This document shows, piece by piece, positions 12,496 to 21,540 of a stretch of DNA of 64,000 nt (the stretch's first letter is position 1; each line of letters opens with the position of its first letter). The translations under genes were made by a program, and so were the position numbers. Origin of the DNA: Chlamydiota bacterium (lineage in GTDB: Bacteria; Chlamydiota; Chlamydiia; Chlamydiales; RGXB01); the NCBI GenBank assembly GCA_947494155.1, contig CANLTW010000004.1, forward strand, positions 18,273-82,272, read 5' to 3'. Under the pieces are notes generated by a model. That model saw only the letters and a program-made list of their open reading frames with translations. It did no database searches and had not been told where the DNA came from.

Positions 12496-13938
12496 ATGAT
12501 CCTATCCGGCGCAGTGAGTGCATGTGGAGCTATAAATCTTTCCCCCGAGATAGATCTTTTGGGGGATTTAACTGCGCACAAGGCTGAATGTGCTAGTAAA
12601 TTGCCGACCACCGCCTATAGCCCTGAGTACTTTAGCCCGGTGGTGAAAGAGGGGATGTTCGGTAACCTCGGACAAAAGCCCTATTTAGAGGCTGCGGGTT
12701 CGGCGATAGATCTTGTTGCACAAAAGATCCTTAAAAAAGGGATAAAAACCGATTTTCATGGTCTTCTTGCCGATTTGAGTAAAATCCGCAAAGAAATAGC
12801 TCTAAGGACAAATACCCCTATGGCTGAGCGGTTTGGGGTGCGACGCAATGAAATGCATGCCCCCTTCAGTTATCCTTTTTTGATTCTAAGCGGCCAATAC
12901 ATACTTGCAGGGCTTAAGATATGCGAAAATGTATTTCCGCTCTTAGCTCAAGCTGCTTTGAAAGAGACCTCTGAGGAGGACATTTTTACAAAGCCTTTCC
13001 AGATGACCTGTCAAGATTCCCCCTTTTCTAGTTTTACTCTGGAGCTTTTGAGTCAGGAGGCTATCAAAGCTAGAGGACTCAATACAGTCCGTTGGGGTCG
13101 TGGCCTTAAAGGATATGCTGCCGATGCAATTGTAAATCCCTACGTCTATTCAGGTTTCTGTGAAGGTGGGGAGGAGAGCTATCAGCTCTTTTTGCGTAAT
13201 ACAAGACACCATTTGTCTGGTGAGGCCATGTTACTGTCTTTAACAAAAAAGATTTCTTTAAAAGATAGTTGGAATGCGATTGTTGAAAGAGAAAAAGAGA
13301 AGGATCGTGAGTTACTTGCGGCCAAATTTAAAGATTTTAAGCAACAGAAGCATTTGGTTGAGGGGGATGGATACCACGGAATCAAGCTAGCAAAAGCGTT
13401 TCACAATCTAGAGGAAGAGTTTAGTCAGCCGATTAATGAAGGGGAGGAACTCCCCCCTAAAACTCACTATCTTCTATTTTCGATGCGCCATGAGGTTTTG
13501 GGGAAATTGTACGCCACATCTAAGTTTGTCACCTGGCTAAATCGCACCCCGGGCGAGGATTTGGATGATACTTTAGACAGAGCATATGAAAATTCCCGTT
13601 GGCTTGTGATGCATCAGGACATATTCCTTTTGGAAGATACCCTTAAAGAATGCGAGAGACTATTCAGGGATGTTTTGAGTTGGGATCACTCCAAAGGGAC
13701 TTTAGAACTCATAGAGAAGATGGCTCCGTTAATCTATCTGCTGACCCATAGTCATAGAGATTCTAGAGGCACTGCGGCTATGAATGAATGGCTTGAGCGG
13801 GGGATCTACAAATCTTTTGGTTTTGATATGTTAGCCCTAAGCACGCGCATGATAGATCTGGATGCTTTTTGCAACACTTATCCCGTATATTTTGAAATTT
13901 ACAAAAAGTCTTTCAGCCTGGTGCCTATAGGAAGCTAA
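12496..13938 (+). CDS. AvrB/AvrC-like (Fido-fold) putative effector
   Basis: C-terminal YLLTHSHRDSRGTAAMNEW...IDLDAF resembles the AvrB-family RG(S/T)AAxxE...DLxAF signature (recognised from memory); long ORF with its own promoter. Confidence 0.55.
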   Translation: MILSGAVSACGAINLSPEIDLLGDLTAHKAECASKLPTTAYSPEYFSPVVKEGMFGNLGQKPYLEAAGSAIDLVAQKILKKGIKTDFHGLLADLSKIRKEIALRTNTPMAERFGVRRNEMHAPFSYPFLILSGQYILAGLKICENVFPLLAQAALKETSEEDIFTKPFQMTCQDSPFSSFTLELLSQEAIKARGLNTVRWGRGLKGYAADAIVNPYVYSGFCEGGEESYQLFLRNTRHHLSGEAMLLSLTKKISLKDSWNAIVEREKEKDRELLAAKFKDFKQQKHLVEGDGYHGIKLAKAFHNLEEEFSQPINEGEELPPKTHYLLFSMRHEVLGKLYATSKFVTWLNRTPGEDLDDTLDRAYENSRWLVMHQDIFLLEDTLKECERLFRDVLSWDHSKGTLELIEKMAPLIYLLTHSHRDSRGTAAMNEWLERGIYKSFGFDMLALSTRMIDLDAFCNTYPVYFEIYKKSFSLVPIGS

Positions 13939-13961
13939 TCGAGTATTTGCTAAATCTTTAC

Positions 13962-16586
13962 TTAAAAATAGGCATAGTCTTTGGGGATAAATTCATAGAA
14001 GCCCCCTTTAGTATATGATTTCAATTTGAAGTATTTTGTATTAAAAGAAATTCTGTGCCCATAAATAATCTCGATTTGGCTTTTTGCTTTTTCAGAAAAT
14101 TCAATAATCCCCTTTTCAGAGATATTAGGACAGTGGCGTATTTTAACATGTGTTAGGGATAGATCAAGAAGGCTGATGAGATCGCCGTCTGTGAAATCTT
14201 CCGCCTCAAGAGAAAAAAATACAAGCGGAAGTTTTTGAAGAAAATAAACATAAGAGACATCCCATTTTTTTAGCCCGATGAGTTCAAGTTCACTTAAGGG
14301 TTTATTTTGAAGGAATAAAAGACCACAAAGGTCGATCTTGCTGGCATTTCTCAAAGAAAGCGATTGGAGATGTCTGTTATTGTCTAATAGCGCAAGATGT
14401 GCATTTTCAACTGGTAAATCTATACAAAGGCTTCTGAGCTCTTTTTTTTGTAACACAGAGAACAAACGACTAGGGTCTACATGAATAGTCGTGAAATTAA
14501 GCTCGTTTAAGGGGTTTTTTTTAATCAAATCTAATAGGGTTTTTTCCTCAATATCGATCCCGCACAGATGGAGAATTTCTAGTGAGTCGAGATTTTGTAG
14601 TTGCTGGAAGCAGGAATCAATCCCATAGACATTCTCCAAAACAAGCTTTTTTAGTCGATTATTTTTGATCAAAGCAAGAAATACATCGGGATCTAAAAGG
14701 GAATCTTTAATTTTCAAGCTTACAAGGCTCGATAGTTTTTTTAGTAAAAAGGCAGGGGGAAAAAAGTTAGCTAGATTTCCCATCCATTCCAGATCTTTAG
14801 GTTGAGGGTGTTTTTTAAGAGTTTCAAGCAATTCCGATTCCCTTTGATGAGCAAAAAGAGAAAGCTTTTCCCCTTTGCAAGGCGCCCATAGTTTCAAAGA
14901 GTTCATTCTATCTATTATCAGAAATCCTTGCTTTAATTTTTCTTTCAGGGGTTGAAAAGCACTTGGTGTCACTAACTCCAATGGGTTTTGCTCCAACGGA
15001 TCGTCTTCTATGTGAAACACCTCATCAGGGGTGATTTTATAGGGCCCTTCTCTAAGAGCAATATCTGTGGAAAATCCCAAGTTTCCCAAGATTTGAAACC
15101 GTTGTTCCTTTTTTCTTGAAAGCGGATAGCCTAAACTGTGATGCACTACCGGTTTTTTTAAAAGATCAATAACCGTTGGGAAAATATCGATTTGAGAGGT
15201 GATAAACGAGTGCTTTTGCGGTTCAAGATCCCCTATTTTCAGAAAAACGCAGGGGACATGCACGTTTTCTTGGTAAACTTTCATCCGAATTTGGAGATTT
15301 TCGTGCTCTCCCATAGGTTGCCCATGATCTCCTAAGAGAATAAAAAGGGTATCTTTATACCAGGGCCTCTCTTGTGCTTTAAGAAAAAACTCCTCTAATC
15401 GCTTGTCTCCGACACGCAAAGCCTGCCTTAGTTTTTTTAAACCCTCTTTCTCCCCTTGTTCCTCCTCTTTGGGGACCTCCCAGGGGTGGTGACCGAATCC
15501 ACTGGATAAAAAACCAAAGAATGGCGATTCTGCGGTAGCTTTTTGATCCATCTGCTCAATGAGGTCTTGATAAGCTAATTGATCATCCACCATATAGGAA
15601 GAAAAAAACTTCCCCTTAGCTTGTTCAATATAATCTACTCGATTAGTGTAGCGATCAAAGACCTCCCCATCGCCTAGGTATTCTTTTTTGGCCTCTCCGT
15701 ATGTAGAGGTAAAATGGGCAGTATAGTAACCCAATTTTTTTAACATCTGGGGCATACCCGTAAGAGGTAGATCATTCAAGCTGTGATAGTGGAAATTTTC
15801 TTGAAAAGGGGGAATACCAAAAAGTGTGGATACCGCAGCAGGGCAAGAGATGGGGAAATTTGCGTAGAATTGATCGAAAAAAACCCCCTTATTGCTGATT
15901 TTTTTAAAAAAAGGGGCGCTATCAAGATCACGCATCCCCAGCGATTCCAAGAGAAGCACCACGATGTGAGGTTTTTCTTTTTTTAGTGAAAAAAGAGAGG
16001 GGGAAGAATAACCGGTGGTCTTCCTTAAAAAAGGATAGAACGGATCGATAAAAACCGATTTTTCCGATTCAAAAAGGAAAAAAGAGGGGAAAGAACTTGT
16101 GGTAGGGGGGGATTTCTTGTGTATCTTTTTAGGAAAAAATCTAAAAAAAAGATGCGTATGAAACCATAAAGAACCAGCTGAAGCTAAAAGAAGAAGGGGA
16201 TGAAACAATTTAAGCGCAAAAAAAGGGGTAGATCCCCATAGAATTAGTAGGGTGAAAAGTTGACTAAGCCCACGAAATCCTATCTCATAGAACACCGAAT
16301 CTTTTAAAGACCACAAACTTTTTTCAAACCATTGAAAATCGCTCCAAATTAGACCCCTTTTATAAATTCTACTGATCTGCAGATCTAAAAACATAAGGGT
16401 AAAATAGGCGAGTGACAGAATGCTGAAAAAAAATTTTTCGTAACCGACGGGTGCTAGAAAAGATAAACCTAAGATAAGTTGAATAAAGAAATAATCCTGT
16501 AAACCGCTGCTTAAATTTCCTAAAAAGGATCCCTTTTTTTGACTGCGTACCAAAAGAAGAGATAAGAAAAAAAATGCAGTAAACAT
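13962..16586 (-). CDS. LTA-synthase/sulfatase-family membrane protein with C-terminal leucine-rich repeats
   Basis: N-terminal TM segments; HIVVLLLES, GDHG and SQIDIFPT alkaline-phosphatase-superfamily motifs; the last ~290 aa show LxxLxL periodicity ending IRHCPNISEKGI. Confidence 0.75.
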   Translation of the reverse strand: MFTAFFFLSLLLVRSQKKGSFLGNLSSGLQDYFFIQLILGLSFLAPVGYEKFFFSILSLAYFTLMFLDLQISRIYKRGLIWSDFQWFEKSLWSLKDSVFYEIGFRGLSQLFTLLILWGSTPFFALKLFHPLLLLASAGSLWFHTHLFFRFFPKKIHKKSPPTTSSFPSFFLFESEKSVFIDPFYPFLRKTTGYSSPSLFSLKKEKPHIVVLLLESLGMRDLDSAPFFKKISNKGVFFDQFYANFPISCPAAVSTLFGIPPFQENFHYHSLNDLPLTGMPQMLKKLGYYTAHFTSTYGEAKKEYLGDGEVFDRYTNRVDYIEQAKGKFFSSYMVDDQLAYQDLIEQMDQKATAESPFFGFLSSGFGHHPWEVPKEEEQGEKEGLKKLRQALRVGDKRLEEFFLKAQERPWYKDTLFILLGDHGQPMGEHENLQIRMKVYQENVHVPCVFLKIGDLEPQKHSFITSQIDIFPTVIDLLKKPVVHHSLGYPLSRKKEQRFQILGNLGFSTDIALREGPYKITPDEVFHIEDDPLEQNPLELVTPSAFQPLKEKLKQGFLIIDRMNSLKLWAPCKGEKLSLFAHQRESELLETLKKHPQPKDLEWMGNLANFFPPAFLLKKLSSLVSLKIKDSLLDPDVFLALIKNNRLKKLVLENVYGIDSCFQQLQNLDSLEILHLCGIDIEEKTLLDLIKKNPLNELNFTTIHVDPSRLFSVLQKKELRSLCIDLPVENAHLALLDNNRHLQSLSLRNASKIDLCGLLFLQNKPLSELELIGLKKWDVSYVYFLQKLPLVFFSLEAEDFTDGDLISLLDLSLTHVKIRHCPNISEKGIIEFSEKAKSQIEIIYGHRISFNTKYFKLKSYTKGGFYEFIPKDYAYF

Positions 16587-16640
16587 TATTTAAATAGGTA
16601 CCAAAAGAGGGCTTATAAATCAAACTGAATTAAGGGAAAT

Positions 16641-16666
16641 AAAAACCTCGACGATAGCGAGGTTTT
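16641..16666 (-). terminator. Terminator downstream of tal and the 34-aa ORF
   Basis: aaaacctcg-acgatag-cgaggtttt perfect stem with A/T tails. Confidence 0.7.
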
Positions 16667-16724
16667 GTCTGATAATAAAAATTTCTCCAGAGCTTTGAGG
16701 AAAATTGAGACGGGGGAGCGGTAG

Positions 16725-16829
16725 TTAGGGAAGGGGTATTGTGTAGTAGTGCACGACCAATTTCAAAATAAATATAGCAAGAATAATGAAAAAGCCTACG
16801 CCTAAAAAGATATTCCAACGCGATCCCAT
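16725..16829 (-). CDS. Small single-TM protein (34 aa), not in the ORF track
   Basis: MGSRWNIFLGVGFFIILAIFILKLVVHYYTIPLP; ATG 1 nt after the tal stop, GAGG SD within the tal end, upstream of the terminator. Confidence 0.45.
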   Translation of the reverse strand: MGSRWNIFLGVGFFIILAIFILKLVVHYYTIPLP

Positions 16830-16830
16830 C

Positions 16831-17769
16831 TTAAACCTCTTTCGCTACAATCCCTAAAAGGGTGTCGAGATCTTTAGCAAAACGGCGGATACCGTCTGAT
16901 AATAAAAATGCTGCTCCATGATCTTCATTATGTTGATGAGAAAATTTTGCGTAATCGACCTCTATTTTTGTCACATCGCTTTTTTTAGCCGTCTCTAAGT
17001 CGAGTTTTCTAGTAACCTCTTGACTGCCATTTTGCATCTCTTCTAAAAATTTGGGTGCTATGGTCAATAGGTCACTTCCTGCAAGAGCAAGGATCTGTTT
17101 GGATGAGCGAAATGAAGCTCCCATGACTTGGGTTTTATACCCAAACTTTTTGAGATAGCTGTAAATTTTTCTGACCGATAGGACCCCCGGATCCTCATCA
17201 GGAGCAAAATCGGTTACCCCTTTCTCTTTTTTGTAAAAATCGGTAATGCGTCCTACAAAAGGGGAGATAAGAGTCACCCCTGCATCGGCGCAAATTGCAG
17301 CTTGAGCCATCGAAAATAACAGGGTCATATTGCAGTGGATCCCCATTTTTTCTAAAATGTTGGCGGCCTGAGCCCCCTCCCAAGTCGAGGCAAGTTTAAT
17401 AAGAATTCTTTCTGGACCAATCCCTTTCTTTCCAAATCGTTCAATAATTTTATGGGCAAATATAATACTGGCGTCTTTATCCCAGGAGAGTTTGGGATCG
17501 ACTTCAATAGAAACTCTGCCGTTTGAGGGGAGGAATTTTAAAATCTCCACACCAAAAGCGATGAATAGATCCATATAGGCATCGTAAACATCCTTTTTGC
17601 CTTTTACGGTCTGTTGTAAAAGGGGAAGGTAGGCCGGATCTTTGATCGCCTCTAATATAAGAGATGGATTGGTGGTCGCATCCTGTGGACTATATTTTTT
17701 CAACTCGTGAAATTGTCCGGTGTCCGCGACAACTATAGTAAATTTTTTTAGATCTTCTAACGTGCTCAT
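16831..17769 (-). CDS. tal: Transaldolase
   Basis: VVADTG, DATTNPSLI, ILIKLASTWEG, ISPFVGRI and MGASFR motifs. Confidence 0.98.
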   Translation of the reverse strand: MSTLEDLKKFTIVVADTGQFHELKKYSPQDATTNPSLILEAIKDPAYLPLLQQTVKGKKDVYDAYMDLFIAFGVEILKFLPSNGRVSIEVDPKLSWDKDASIIFAHKIIERFGKKGIGPERILIKLASTWEGAQAANILEKMGIHCNMTLLFSMAQAAICADAGVTLISPFVGRITDFYKKEKGVTDFAPDEDPGVLSVRKIYSYLKKFGYKTQVMGASFRSSKQILALAGSDLLTIAPKFLEEMQNGSQEVTRKLDLETAKKSDVTKIEVDYAKFSHQHNEDHGAAFLLSDGIRRFAKDLDTLLGIVAKEV

Positions 17770-17966
17770 AAACTTAATAAGCCAGAGGTAGGAATAAACT
17801 ACAACTGCCTCAAGAAAAAAACAGATCGATCTTTTAAAAATTTGCCTTTTGCATGGGACGAAATAGGGGGGAGCGACAGAATCGGCTCTACTTCATTTCA
17901 AAGAATGGGGCGAAAAAAGCGACACGAGGGGTAAAATCTTTCTCGATACTAGGCAAGATAGAGGAT

Positions 17967-18215
17967 TTATTTCAAGTCGGGGGTTTTGGTGGGTGTAGGG
18001 CCATTGCTGAGTCCCGCCGCTAAAGCTATTCCAACAAAGAGGGCGACCCCCCAGGCGATCATGCTGACGTTGAGCTCTTCTGTGCTTTTATCGTCAAAAT
18101 CCCAATAGTTTGTTTTTTCGGCGCTACTTTTTTTCGTTTGCGTAGGGGTCTTTCCCTCTAACGGGGTACTTAGAGCTAATCCAAAGGATAGAAAAGTTAA
18201 TAAAATCTTACGCAT
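17967..18215 (-). CDS. Small exported membrane protein, hypothetical
   Basis: Signal-peptide-like N-terminus MRKILLTFLSFGLALS plus a C-terminal TM helix. Confidence 0.7.
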   Translation of the reverse strand: MRKILLTFLSFGLALSTPLEGKTPTQTKKSSAEKTNYWDFDDKSTEELNVSMIAWGVALFVGIALAAGLSNGPTPTKTPDLK

Positions 18216-18338
18216 ATCTTTGCCATATGCGATAGATCTTATAAAATCAAGGACTATAGAGGTTTTTTCAAAGGAGTTAAAGGTTGTCGTTTAATCATCA
18301 GAGGGTTACAATACCCTAAAATCTTGGGTGAAGAGCTG

Positions 18339-18968
18339 ATGAAATACGCGAATAACACAAGTGAGACGATCCAAAGGATCCTTCAAGCAATCAAGGAAGA
18401 GGCTTTGGAGCCCTCAAAAACAGAGGCCGAAGAGACAATAGCTTCCGCAAATGCCGAAAGCGAGCAGATCCTCTATGAGGCTAACGCAAGGGCTGAGTCT
18501 ATAGTAGCAGAGGCTACAAAAAAGGCTTCCGATCAGATAAAGGCTGCAAAAGTCGAGATAGATCTGGCACTCAAACAAGCTAAGCTGCAATTGAAAAACG
18601 ATCTTACGCAAAATCTTTTCAAAAAAGAGCTCAAAGAGAGCCTCTCCAAAGAGATGCATAAGACCCAGATTGTTGCAAGAGCTGTGAATATTGTTCTCGA
18701 ATCTTTAGAAAAAGATGGTCTTTACTCCAAATTCTCCTTAGTTGTCCCTGATGGGGTCTTTGAAAAAGAGCTGACCCAGCACTTGGCTCAAAATGTGATA
18801 GAGAAGATCGAGAAATTTGGAGAGCTAAAATTTGACTCTGTCTTTGGCGGGGTAATTTTAAAAATTCAAGAGAAAAATATGGTGGTCGAACTTACAGAAA
18901 ATCAGGTAGAACAGGTGCTTGATCGTTTTGTATCCGACTCTTTGAAGGCATTTGTTTATAGCGATTAG
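18339..18968 (+). CDS. atpE: V/A-type ATP synthase subunit E
   Basis: N-terminal coiled coil (IKEEALEP...AE), GGVIL motif, first gene of the operon; alternative TTG start at 18324. Confidence 0.85.
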   Translation: MKYANNTSETIQRILQAIKEEALEPSKTEAEETIASANAESEQILYEANARAESIVAEATKKASDQIKAAKVEIDLALKQAKLQLKNDLTQNLFKKELKESLSKEMHKTQIVARAVNIVLESLEKDGLYSKFSLVVPDGVFEKELTQHLAQNVIEKIEKFGELKFDSVFGGVILKIQEKNMVVELTENQVEQVLDRFVSDSLKAFVYSD

Positions 18969-18973
18969 GTAGA

Positions 18974-19759
18974 ATGTATACGTTTCTTGAGTGTTACTTA
19001 CCCCCCACCACTTTTGATACAAAACCTGAGATGGATCTCAAGGAGTTAAATGAGCTCTTTGAGCTAAATCTATCCCAAGAGGATAAAAATAGGTTGGCAA
19101 AGATACGCACCCTCATTGATGTGCTCAACTTAAGATCCTATTTTACTGCTGATCGAATTTCGCCCGGAGGCTCTGTAGAGCCTGAGGAAATTGGCTATTG
19201 CCTCGAGCAGCAGATAAGTTATCCTCTATTCGTTTTTGACTATATAGAAAAATATAAAGATATTAACGAGCGCATCCACCATTTTCGCGAGCTCCTTTTA
19301 ACAGCATACGACTGGCTAGTAGAAACAACCCAGGGCTTTTTGCACGATTTTTTCGACTACGATCGAAAAGTATGGATCACGTCGATGGCCTACTTGTCTA
19401 AAAAGAGGGAAAGAGAGCTTAAAGAGGATTTCGATTTTCTAGACCCTAACGATTCTCTGACTATCCTGATCCAGGCGCAACACGAATCGGAGCATTTCGA
19501 ATTTCCTGAAGGGCTTGAGGGGATAGACCTAGAATTAGATGTAGCGTTTAGGGATCCCCTTAAAGAGATACAGATGATTTCTCGGCTCCGATACAATTTT
19601 TGCCAAACCTATTTACAAACTGACCCTTTCACATTAGACTCGCTTTTTGCCTACTATACACAGGTTTGGGTGCTATCCGACTTTTATGAGAGCCAAGACC
19701 AAAATTTAACAAAAAAAGGGGGGGACCTCCTCCTCAAACGGATTCAGGAGATCAAATGA
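18974..19759 (+). CDS. V-type ATPase subunit C-like protein (DUF2764-type)
   Basis: Sits between subunits E and A as in chlamydial operons; YTFLECYLP N-terminus and FTLDSLFAY C-terminus. Confidence 0.7.
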   Translation: MYTFLECYLPPTTFDTKPEMDLKELNELFELNLSQEDKNRLAKIRTLIDVLNLRSYFTADRISPGGSVEPEEIGYCLEQQISYPLFVFDYIEKYKDINERIHHFRELLLTAYDWLVETTQGFLHDFFDYDRKVWITSMAYLSKKRERELKEDFDFLDPNDSLTILIQAQHESEHFEFPEGLEGIDLELDVAFRDPLKEIQMISRLRYNFCQTYLQTDPFTLDSLFAYYTQVWVLSDFYESQDQNLTKKGGDLLLKRIQEIK

Positions 19760-21540
19760 TGACACAATCGCCCGTTTGGCAACTTGCTACCGGTACAGTT
19801 GAGGCTGTAAATGGCAACCTTGTGAGTGTTCTTTTTGAAGGCCCGGCAATTAACGGGGAAAAAATCTATGTTGAAGTCGACGGGATTGAGATCAAAGGGG
19901 AGATTATTGAGATCGCCTCCAATATTGCCAAAGCCCAAATGTTCGAAGATACAAAAGGGATCCGTCTTGGGGCTAAAGTCACCTTTTCGGGTGAGCTGAT
20001 TGAAGCAGAATTAGGGCCCGGTTTGTTGAATCTGGTAGTAGACGGGATCGGTTCTCCACTTGCCGATGTCGCTGAAAAGGCGGGGTATTTCATGGAGCGC
20101 GGGATTGAGATCCCTACCCTTGATCGGAAAAGGCATTGGGAATTCACCCCTACTGCCAAAATTGGCGATACGGTGTGTCGTGGTGTAGAGCTCGGATTTG
20201 TGATCGAAGGGCGCATCAGACACAAAATAATGGTCCCGTTTAAGCTTCAAGGTACCTATACCATCACCTGGCTTGCCAAAACCGGACATTATACTATTGA
20301 GATGCCGGTTGCCAAGATCCAAGATCAGAATGGTCACGAGATCTCTATCAACATGTTGCAGAAATGGCCGATCAAAAATAGACTAATAGCGGGTCAACCC
20401 CGTGTAAAAGATCGACTTTTGGAAACCGGAATGCGTGCAATTGATACGATGTTTCCTATCGTTATGGGGAGCACCACCTGTTCACCCGGCCCATTCGGTG
20501 CGGGGAAAACAGTGATTCAGCACCTTATTTCCAAGTATGCGAATGTGGATATCGTCATTATTGTTGCCTGCGGTGAGCGCGCCGGCGAGGTTGTTGAGGT
20601 AATCACCGAATTTCCCCATCTTTTGGATCCAAGATACCACGAACCTTTGATGCAACGCACCACGATCATATGCAACACCTCATCTATGCCTGTTGCAGCT
20701 AGAGAGTCCTCCATCTATATGGGTATCACGATTGGGGAGTATTATCGGCAGATGGGGCTAAACGTCCTATTACTGGCAGACTCCACCTCCCGATGGGCGC
20801 AAGCGATGCGCGAAGTTTCGGCAAGACTTGAGGAGATTCCCGGAGAAGAGGCCTTCCCTGCGTATCTGACCTCCAGGATTCACTCTTTCTATGAGCGGGC
20901 TGGAGTGATCGAAACCCCTAACCAAAAACTCGGCTCTATCTCTATCATCGGGGCTGTTTCCCCGGCTGGTGGAAACTTTGATGAGCCTGTGACCCAGGCT
21001 ACTTTGATGGTAGTAGACACGTTTCTTTGCTTATCACGGGGCCTTTCTGACCAGAGAAGATACCCGGCTATTTCACGTGATTTGTCCTGGTCTTCAAATA
21101 TCGATATAGCTGCCGATTTTTTAAGAAAGCAGGCCCCCGATTGGAAATACTCGGTGGATACAGCTAGAAAAATTCTTATGGAGGGTTTGGAGATTGAAAA
21201 GAGGATGGATGTCGTTGGAGAAGATGCCATCCAGATGAGCGATTACGTGACGTACTTGAAAAAAGAGTTATTTGATTTCTCCTACTTACAGCAAAACGCT
21301 TTTGACCAAGAGGATGTTTATTGCCCTTTAGAGCGCCAAATTGAGTTGATGAAGCTCTATGACGAGATCTTTGCTTCCCCTTATCTTTTCAAAAACCATG
21401 ATTCGGCAAGAAAGTCATTTATTGGTTTGCAAAATGACCTGAAGAACTTGAATTACACCGCCTTTCGATCCGATTCTTATCTAGAGGGCAAGGCCAGAAT
21501 TGAAAAAAGAATAGAAGAGATGTTGGACGTATGCAAGTAA
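19756..21540 (+). CDS. atpA: V/A-type ATP synthase subunit A
   Basis: Walker A GPFGAGKT, CGERAGE, ADSTSRWAQAMRE, PGEEAFPAYL. Confidence 0.97.
   Translation: MMTQSPVWQLATGTVEAVNGNLVSVLFEGPAINGEKIYVEVDGIEIKGEIIEIASNIAKAQMFEDTKGIRLGAKVTFSGELIEAELGPGLLNLVVDGIGSPLADVAEKAGYFMERGIEIPTLDRKRHWEFTPTAKIGDTVCRGVELGFVIEGRIRHKIMVPFKLQGTYTITWLAKTGHYTIEMPVAKIQDQNGHEISINMLQKWPIKNRLIAGQPRVKDRLLETGMRAIDTMFPIVMGSTTCSPGPFGAGKTVIQHLISKYANVDIVIIVACGERAGEVVEVITEFPHLLDPRYHEPLMQRTTIICNTSSMPVAARESSIYMGITIGEYYRQMGLNVLLLADSTSRWAQAMREVSARLEEIPGEEAFPAYLTSRIHSFYERAGVIETPNQKLGSISIIGAVSPAGGNFDEPVTQATLMVVDTFLCLSRGLSDQRRYPAISRDLSWSSNIDIAADFLRKQAPDWKYSVDTARKILMEGLEIEKRMDVVGEDAIQMSDYVTYLKKELFDFSYLQQNAFDQEDVYCPLERQIELMKLYDEIFASPYLFKNHDSARKSFIGLQNDLKNLNYTAFRSDSYLEGKARIEKRIEEMLDVCK

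Noticed and set aside
12496..13938. Canonical Fic AMPylase
   Set aside because: It lacks HPFxxGNGR; the motif fits the divergent AvrB-like branch better
16369..16818. 62-aa and 84-aa ORFs as a frameshifted N-terminus of the sulfatase-LRR gene
   Set aside because: A terminator hairpin lies in between, neither ORF resembles LtaS-type TM regions, and the 34-aa ORF explains the region better
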